From Polynucleobacter meluiroseus (GTDB lineage: Bacteria; Pseudomonadota; Gammaproteobacteria; Burkholderiales; Burkholderiaceae): 32,000 nt of DNA. This document shows, piece by piece, positions 26,931 through 32,000 of the stretch. The DNA lies in assembly GCA_945881875.1 (NCBI GenBank), contig CAMCVH010000006.1, positions 34,500 through 66,499 of the forward strand, written 5' to 3'. The notes under the pieces are model-generated. The model did no database searches and was not told the origin of the DNA. It worked only from the letters and a program-made list of their open reading frames with translations. Position numbers and translations under genes: made by a program. The first letter of the stretch is position 1; each line of letters starts with the position of its first letter.

Positions 26931-27713
26931 TTAAGCCGCTGCTTTATCAATTGCTTGTGTAAGACTTGCGTCGTTACTTGCTAACTTACGTTCTGCTACC
27001 ACTTTATTGATTGTGTCTTTATTAGCACTGTAATAAGCAGCCATTGCAGTGTTGACAGCACCTTCAGTGTTAACAGCACCGTTGATAACAAACTTGCCAT
27101 TCGCTAATTGTTTGGCAATAAAGATAACTCGTTGCCCAATTTTGCTTGCGTCTAATTTGACAGCAACAGATTTATTTTCAATTTCAGCAATAACTTCTGT
27201 ATCTAATGAAGTTACAGCTACTTGTGCTTTAGCTTTTACGCTAAGCGCATTAGATTTAGCTAATTTGATTTCTTGTACACCGCCATATTGCTTAATGAAG
27301 TCAACTAATTGGGCACTGTCAATTTGTTGACTAAAAGCACTGCGCAAAACAATGCCGTATGTACTAATACGACGCTTATCAGCTTCACCAAATACACAGC
27401 GAACAATACGAACTAAAGTGTGCGTACTCTTTTTAAACGTAAGCCTATTTTTCTCAATATAGTCATTTAAATCTTTACGTAGTTGTTTAGCCCTATCGTT
27501 ATCTAAACACATTGTTGTATACATACTGAAGCACTCAGCTAATAGCGCATATAGCTGTTCGTTGCTCTTTCTGTATGCATTGTTTTCCCAATTAATGCGA
27601 CTTTTTACTAACTTACTAACGTAATTAGTTGTGTCATTAGTCGTATTAACTTTGTCGTTTAAAGCGACTTTTTCGTTGCTGTTTGATACTGTGTCAGTTT
27701 GTAAAAATAACAT
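26931..27713 (-). CDS. Hypothetical protein (260 aa), first gene of the AAA+ operon
   Basis: Strong RBS (GGAGG 6 nt upstream). The N-terminus is N/T-rich and low-complexity, followed by INWENNAYRKSNEQLYALLAECFSMY...VRIVRCVFGEADKRRISTYGIVLRSA...GGVQEIK. I cannot assign a family. Confidence 0.65.
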   Translation of the reverse strand: MLFLQTDTVSNSNEKVALNDKVNTTNDTTNYVSKLVKSRINWENNAYRKSNEQLYALLAECFSMYTTMCLDNDRAKQLRKDLNDYIEKNRLTFKKSTHTLVRIVRCVFGEADKRRISTYGIVLRSAFSQQIDSAQLVDFIKQYGGVQEIKLAKSNALSVKAKAQVAVTSLDTEVIAEIENKSVAVKLDASKIGQRVIFIAKQLANGKFVINGAVNTEGAVNTAMAAYYSANKDTINKVVAERKLASNDASLTQAIDKAAA

Positions 27714-27743
27714 TTGCTACCTCCGTTTGTTGTTAATAAAATA

Positions 27744-27777
27744 ATGATTTAAATAGCTTTTTAAGTATCTAAATCAT
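27744..27777. promoter_or_regulatory. Imperfect inverted repeat (candidate operator) in the divergent promoter region
   Basis: ATGATTTAAATA (27744-55) and TATCTAAATCAT (27766-77) match as an inverted repeat at 11 of 12 positions, with a 10-nt spacer. The repeat lies between the 260-aa gene (-) and the 247-aa gene (+). Confidence 0.4.
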
Positions 27778-27850
27778 AGTTAAATTATAGTGATTTGTTA
27801 TACTTCCCAATATATGAAACCAATTTAACGCAATTTGATTGTTAACAAAT

Positions 27851-28582
27851 ATGACAAGTTTTTTAGCTCCTTATCCAACATTCGGCACCAAAAACAAAAG
27901 ACTTCCACCGTCTCAATACGAGCGTAGTCCGTACTATTGGTGGTTTGAATATTTGCGACGCAATGCTGATTACATTAAGTGCTGTGAAGTAAGTGGAAAA
28001 AGTAAGCTATCAAAGTTATATGCAGATTTTGGGGATGTGAGAGATATTGAGTTTCGTGTGTGGTGGAATAAAGAGAGCAGAGGTACTCAGCTATTTGGAG
28101 AAAAGAAATTTGATATTAAGTTTGAAGAGCTAACAGATAAATCTAAGTGGAATGAAGAATGGAGAACTGAAGATGTAATGATTGTTTCTGTTCCACTTGA
28201 ACATTCAAAGCGAACATTACAAAAATGGTTCGCTGCTTTACTAAAGCGTAGACACTCAGCTAAAAGAGGTCGCACAGCTAAGAAGTGGTCTAAAAGTACA
28301 GCGAAGTATCCAATCAATAGAAATTACACAATTGCAAGCTTACGTACAGCGTTAGAAGTGTATGACGAATATGTAGCTAACTTAAGTAGAGGTGAAGATA
28401 AGCTTAAGGTTTGGCAGATAGGTGTAAAGCTTAAATTGGTACAAACTGCAATGCCAAAATCAACTGACACAAAAGAAGATAGACTGATTAAACGCAATGT
28501 TATGGCTGCTACTGTAGTTAGATACTACAAACAAGCCAAAAAAATAATTGAGGGAACTTCAAAAGGATTGTTTCCCAATTAG
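27851..28582 (+). CDS. Hypothetical protein, possible island transcriptional regulator (243 aa from the ATG; the ORF track opens at TTG 27839)
   Basis: The N-terminal SPYYWWFEYLRRNADY resembles the W-x-FLRRN-x-x-Y motif I recall from DUF6499/FseA/RovC-type activators on integrative elements. That is recollection, not a search. There is a basic central stretch (KRRHSAKRGRTAKKW). Confidence 0.55.
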   Translation: MTSFLAPYPTFGTKNKRLPPSQYERSPYYWWFEYLRRNADYIKCCEVSGKSKLSKLYADFGDVRDIEFRVWWNKESRGTQLFGEKKFDIKFEELTDKSKWNEEWRTEDVMIVSVPLEHSKRTLQKWFAALLKRRHSAKRGRTAKKWSKSTAKYPINRNYTIASLRTALEVYDEYVANLSRGEDKLKVWQIGVKLKLVQTAMPKSTDTKEDRLIKRNVMAATVVRYYKQAKKIIEGTSKGLFPN

Positions 28583-28609
28583 TTGTTAGAGGTTTAAGCT
28601 CTAACAACT
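28581..28609. terminator. Hairpin between the convergent 247-aa gene and the lipoprotein operon
   Basis: AGTTGTTAGAG (28581-91) pairs with CTCTAACAACT (28599-609), giving an 11-bp stem and a 7-nt loop. The hairpin overlaps the TAG stop codon. Confidence 0.5.
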
Positions 28610-28624
28610 AATAGATTAAAAAAC

Positions 28625-29179
28625 TTATTTTTTGATAGCGATTAAGTCTTTGAATTTCGGTGACTTAACAATTTTTCCGATTAAATTTTGAACTGTTGGC
28701 ATAAAACCGTCAGCTGTGTTTTTGCAAGCAGAAAAACCATCAAAGCCTGAATCAAACTCGTAATACTCACTTGCTGTTAGTGATTGTCCATTTGATGACT
28801 CTAAAGTAATGTCAATATCCCAATAGCCACGCAGTAAACCTTTGCTACTTGACATATCCAGTCTATTGATACGACCACTTAAAGTGACTTTTGGTGATTG
28901 ATACGCATAAGCACCGCCGACTTTGAGTTCATCTTCTAATGCTTTTTTAATGTACGATTGAAAAGTTAGATTATTAGGTAATGTGATTGGTCCAACAGCT
29001 CGGCAATTTGTATCTAACGGTCTGCTAAGTGAGAATTCGCCAACACTAATTGCCTCATTAACTTTTAAAGACTTAATTGCATAATTTGTATCTGGTGATA
29101 CACCATACATTTGTGCATTGTAAGTTTGACATCCAGTCAATGCTATTGCAGTTATTGCAACTAAAATTAATTTTTTCAT
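28625..29179 (-). CDS. Lipoprotein (184 aa), unknown function
   Basis: Signal peptide plus the lipobox LTGC. It has a 4-nt ATGA overlap with the upstream lipoprotein gene. Confidence 0.8.
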   Translation of the reverse strand: MKKLILVAITAIALTGCQTYNAQMYGVSPDTNYAIKSLKVNEAISVGEFSLSRPLDTNCRAVGPITLPNNLTFQSYIKKALEDELKVGGAYAYQSPKVTLSGRINRLDMSSSKGLLRGYWDIDITLESSNGQSLTASEYYEFDSGFDGFSACKNTADGFMPTVQNLIGKIVKSPKFKDLIAIKK

Positions 29180-29607
29180 TTTTTCTTTTCTGTTTGATTA
29201 GTTAATGCAGAGTCACTAATTAACTTTGTCAATTCAACATTCATTGTCGGAGGATATGAGAAACCTGCACCACTACTTGCATCTACAGCATAGCCAATTA
29301 AACCTCCGGCTAATACGTTGCCCCAAACAGCTCCTTCATTTGCTGATTTGAATACATTAGCTCCGCTGTATTGATCATCTTTTTTACAAGTAATGGACAT
29401 ATCACCATAAGCCTTTTGAATAACAACTGAGCCAGGTGTTGTTGAATGCCAACTTCCCTTATCGTTAACCAAATTGCAATAAGCACCGGTAATTGGTTTA
29501 CCTTCGTGCGTTGTTGTAATTGATACAGGTTGATTTCTCGTCCCTGTAATTGATGCACATCCTGTAAAAAATGAACTAATGAGAATAATTAAATAAGTTC
29601 TTTTCAT
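29176..29607 (-). CDS. Lipoprotein (143 aa), unknown function
   Basis: Signal peptide plus the lipobox FTGC, with a GAGG RBS. The C-terminal stretch is glycine-rich (GNVLAGGLIGYAVDASSGAGF). Confidence 0.8.
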   Translation of the reverse strand: MKRTYLIILISSFFTGCASITGTRNQPVSITTTHEGKPITGAYCNLVNDKGSWHSTTPGSVVIQKAYGDMSITCKKDDQYSGANVFKSANEGAVWGNVLAGGLIGYAVDASSGAGFSYPPTMNVELTKLISDSALTNQTEKKK

Positions 29608-29619
29608 ATTTTCCTCAAA

Positions 29620-29643
29620 TAAAAAAGCCCACCTAAGTGGGCT
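29620..29643 (-). terminator. Rho-independent terminator after the beta-barrel OMP gene
   Basis: The minus strand reads AGCCCAC-TTAG-GTGGGCT followed by TTTTTTATTT. Confidence 0.65.
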
Positions 29644-29652
29644 ATTGTTTTC

Positions 29653-30249
29653 TTAGAACTTTTTAGATATTCCTAACGTAATAACATTAACGTTAATCTC
29701 ACCAGCAACTTTGTTCATATGCGTAACTGCAGTATGCCAATATAGGTCATTGCTTAACTTTGCGTCATATCCAATTCCAACTAAAACGCCAGCACCTGAT
29801 TCGCTACCAGATGCCGCAGCTGAATAACTACCGATAGTTACATTAGCATTGCCATCAATCTTAGACTGATGAACACCTGCTTTGAAAAATACACCAGTCG
29901 GTTCAGGTCTATAAACAGCTGAAAGATCTACACCGTACGCACTATATTTCTCGTTTGCAGTACCTAAGCTATTTGAATAAGAAGCTTTAAGGTCACCAGT
30001 CATAAAGTAACCAATTTCTAAATCAATATTTTTTGCAACATTTGTACCGTAATAAATTCTTGCTACGCCAGTGCCTTTGTCGTATGTGTAGCTGGTTGTA
30101 CGACCAGATGCATTTGCTAAGTATTGAGCAGTTTCATCAGCCTTAATGTCTGCAAAGGCTGCGCCACCTTCAATACCGAAATATGAAGACTGTGCATTTG
30201 CAGTCGCTGCAAAAACAAAAAGCGCAGAAGCAATAATTGATTTTTTCAT
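29653..30249 (-). CDS. Small outer-membrane beta-barrel protein (OmpA-barrel/OmpW-like size class)
   Basis: Signal peptide (...ATANA/QSS), an alternating amphipathic strand pattern, aromatic girdle residues and a C-terminal Phe (GISKKF). AAGGA serves as the RBS. Confidence 0.8.
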   Translation of the reverse strand: MKKSIIASALFVFAATANAQSSYFGIEGGAAFADIKADETAQYLANASGRTTSYTYDKGTGVARIYYGTNVAKNIDLEIGYFMTGDLKASYSNSLGTANEKYSAYGVDLSAVYRPEPTGVFFKAGVHQSKIDGNANVTIGSYSAAASGSESGAGVLVGIGYDAKLSNDLYWHTAVTHMNKVAGEINVNVITLGISKKF

Positions 30250-30403
30250 TGTTAAATCCTTAATAGATATATTGGATTTAGTATTTTTGTTGTTTAAGAG
30301 TGCTTATTCAATCTATTAAATGTACGAACTTAGTATCTATATTTCGTAGGAAAAATTAGTTATTGAATCTATAGTGTTTTCAATTTAAACAAACACTTAT
30401 TAA

Positions 30404-30751
30404 TTGGATTTAAAACAACACAACTCTGTAATAAATGCTTTAGTAGAAGTGCGTAAGCAGACAACAGTGTTATTACCAATAGGCCATTCATTCATACCGT
30501 TTGATATTCTATTAACGGTAGTAAGAGGTAACGCTGAAGGTGAGGACCTAACTGTTAAAGCACTTTTTACTGCATTACCGTATAGCGATATGGGCATTCG
30601 CTATCACTTTCGCACACTCATAAAAAATGGTTGGATTGAGTTACATAATGGCGATAAAGACACTCGCATTCGTCGTGTAAAGCCAACTGAAAAATTAATA
30701 AAGAGATTTGCTCTTTTATCGCAGCAATTAAAACCTCTTTTTGACAAATAA
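30404..30751 (+). CDS. Small winged-helix (MarR-like) DNA-binding protein candidate
   Basis: 115 aa. The segment LTVKALFTALPYSDMGIRYHFRTLIKNGWIELHNGDKDTRIRRV looks like an HTH, a wing hairpin and a basic strand. It starts with TTG and has no clear RBS. It ends 1 nt before the integrase stop codon. Confidence 0.5.
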   Translation: MDLKQHNSVINALVEVRKQTTVLLPIGHSFIPFDILLTVVRGNAEGEDLTVKALFTALPYSDMGIRYHFRTLIKNGWIELHNGDKDTRIRRVKPTEKLIKRFALLSQQLKPLFDK

Positions 30752-30752
30752 A

Positions 30753-32000
30753 TTAAGCTAACTTATCAGCTGCCATTGTTGCAGTGAGTTTGCTGTAGTG
30801 CTTTTCTATCATTCCAATACTTGTCCCCATTTGCTTAGCTAACGTGTGTACATCTGTCTTATTCTCAATAAGTTCTAATGTGGCATAAGTGTGGCGAAGT
30901 GAATATAGCGTTCTATTCTGCGCAGTTGCAGAGTCTTTAAGCAATCCAATTGCCTTCATTAACCAATTGAACGTTGTATGAAAGCTTTTAGGACGCCTGC
31001 CATCTTTGAATTTAAATAGATACACGTCGTGTTTGTCGTTTAAAACGACATCTAATGACAGTCCATTAAATTGTTCTTCTCTACTAATCAAACGTTCTAA
31101 TGCTTCTCTAACATTGTGTTTGGCAATTAAGTGACGTGCTCCCGTTTTGCCACTAACCCATATTCTTAAATATCTCTTATTAGTGTGTACGTCTGTGTAC
31201 CAATTAATATGCTTCCACTTAATGTTTAGACTTTCAGTGCCGCAACGCATTCCCGTACCAATTAGCAATTCTATGTAATCTCTACAAAGCAAACGCATTT
31301 CTTTTGCAATACTGCTATGCCCACCTTCACTGTATGTTTTAAGAAACTCTAATAGCTGATTAATTTCTTCACGTGTAAATGCGGGACGAGCTTTTCCTTT
31401 TTGACCTCTTCTGCTCATTTGCGCAATCGGTATGTGTTCATTCAACCAACCGCGTTGTATTGCTGTATCAATTACACGTCTATATGCACTCGCGTGATTT
31501 GCTAACGTGCTCGTAAGTGGAACTTTACCCATTAGTTCATTTCGCCACAACTCATACTTGCGCATAACTTCAGCGTCAATGTTCTCTAATAGATAGTTGC
31601 CGAAAAATGGAATTAGATATTTGTTAATTGCTCGCACGTAATCTTTATTAGTTAATGGTTTGATGCCAGCATTAATTTCCATTTCTAAATCTTGTAAGCA
31701 GACTTTGGCGATTACATTGAATTTTTTAGTGCTGTGTGTAAGTCCTAATCGTTCTCTAAAACGAGCTTCGTCGTATATATCGCCAGCAACTTTTATCGCA
31801 TAGTCCAAATTTCGGTGCTTTGTGCTGACTCTGCGCCATATCTTGTCGTATAGCTTGTAACGCACTTGCCACACGCTACTGCGTTCTCGTTTGTATAAAA
31901 CAACGTCACCGTCACGCAGATAAATTAAATTTTCAGTGCGTAAGAACGTTGCGTTGTCGTTTTGTTGCGCTTGTAGAAGTTGTACATAATTGCGTTGCAT
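30753..32000 (-). CDS. int: Tyrosine integrase (phage integrase family), ATG at the last 3 nt of the window
   Basis: 415 aa with box I (GTGMRCGTE), HxxR (LYSLRHTYAT) and the catalytic Tyr (MIEKHYSKL). It has a long N-terminal arm/core-binding region. The true start could lie beyond 32000. Confidence 0.9.
   Translation of the reverse strand: MQRNYVQLLQAQQNDNATFLRTENLIYLRDGDVVLYKRERSSVWQVRYKLYDKIWRRVSTKHRNLDYAIKVAGDIYDEARFRERLGLTHSTKKFNVIAKVCLQDLEMEINAGIKPLTNKDYVRAINKYLIPFFGNYLLENIDAEVMRKYELWRNELMGKVPLTSTLANHASAYRRVIDTAIQRGWLNEHIPIAQMSRRGQKGKARPAFTREEINQLLEFLKTYSEGGHSSIAKEMRLLCRDYIELLIGTGMRCGTESLNIKWKHINWYTDVHTNKRYLRIWVSGKTGARHLIAKHNVREALERLISREEQFNGLSLDVVLNDKHDVYLFKFKDGRRPKSFHTTFNWLMKAIGLLKDSATAQNRTLYSLRHTYATLELIENKTDVHTLAKQMGTSIGMIEKHYSKLTATMAADKLA

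Larger units (their letters stand above)
21572..32000. mobile_element. Integrated genomic island at tRNA-Phe (right end beyond the window)
   Basis: The left edge is the abrupt loss of tRNA identity at 21571/21572. GC drops there: hand counts give 17/60 at 22021-22080 and 19/60 at 26401-26460, against 30/60 at 7021-7080 and 23/60 at 18181-18240. The island holds two tyrosine recombinase genes, many unrecognisable ORFs and no housekeeping genes. Confidence 0.75.

Noticed and set aside
23550-28410. Apparent enrichment of CTTAAG / GCTTAAGTG in the island, including the 8+1+8 palindrome GCTTAAGTGACTTAAGC at 23777-23793
   Set aside because: Most copies sit in coding sequence and are Leu-Lys codon pairs (CTT-AAG), for example LKSLKL, ALKR and SLKR. 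They therefore reflect codon and dipeptide usage rather than a site signal. Only the intergenic copies at 23680-96 and 25008-25129 were kept.
22298-30597. Embedded or antisense track ORFs in the island: 22298-22483, 22697-22885, 24067-24267, 26731-26934, 27049-27330, 28087-28317, 29310-29558, 30400-30597
   Set aside because: Each overlaps a longer ORF that has export signals, catalytic motifs or a good RBS. AT-rich DNA still yields such shadows by chance.
1-32000. CRISPR arrays, rRNA genes, IS elements or transposases, toxin-antitoxin pairs, and known defence systems (RM, Abi, CBASS, retron and similar)
   Set aside because: I saw no regularly spaced direct repeats, no rRNA-like sequence, no DDE or serine-recombinase ORFs, no reverse transcriptase, and no nuclease or methylase motifs in any ORF-track translation.

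Overview
The window has two parts.

**(1) Positions 1 to about 21530: conserved origin-proximal chromosome of a betaproteobacterium.** The gene order looks Burkholderiales-like, and possibly like a Polynucleobacter-type streamlined genome. This is inferred from gene order only and is unverified. The genes, in order, are:
- dnaA (partial), then a DnaA-box cluster
- rpmH-rnpA-yidD-yidC-mnmE
- patatin-like lipase, GTP-dependent PEPCK, M23 peptidase, MnmC-like FAD oxidase
- topoisomerase III, a minimal dprA, def-fmt, htpX, rsmB
- a DUF4390-like protein with an NtrY/NtrX-like two-component pair, and a DUF1330-like protein

**(2) Position 21534 to the right edge: an AT-rich genomic island.** A tRNA-Phe(GAA) gene with its own promoter starts at 21534. 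It stops resembling a tRNA immediately after the anticodon loop, at 21571. Everything to the right is AT-rich: spot counts give about 28-32% GC, against about 38-50% in the core. I read this as an integrated genomic island that runs off the window. The island carries:
- a PBP7-like DD-endopeptidase and a Pal-like lipoprotein
- several unrecognisable ORFs
- a FimB/FimE-sized, catalytic-domain-only tyrosine recombinase, next to a 1.4-kb segment bracketed by 17-bp inverted repeats
- an operon of an unknown 260-aa protein plus an orphan clamp-loader (RFC/gp44)-like AAA+ ATPase, divergent from a putative regulator
- an outer-membrane beta-barrel gene followed by a two-lipoprotein operon
- a small winged-helix-like protein and an intact 415-aa tyrosine integrase at the right edge
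- a 17-nt exact copy of part of that integrase gene near the tRNA stump, which suggests a decayed second integrase

I saw no rRNA, CRISPR array, transposase or recognisable known defence system.

**Most novel-looking candidates:** the AAA+/260-aa/247-aa module and the recombinase-plus-inverted-repeat cassette. Both are hypotheses from hand reading only.
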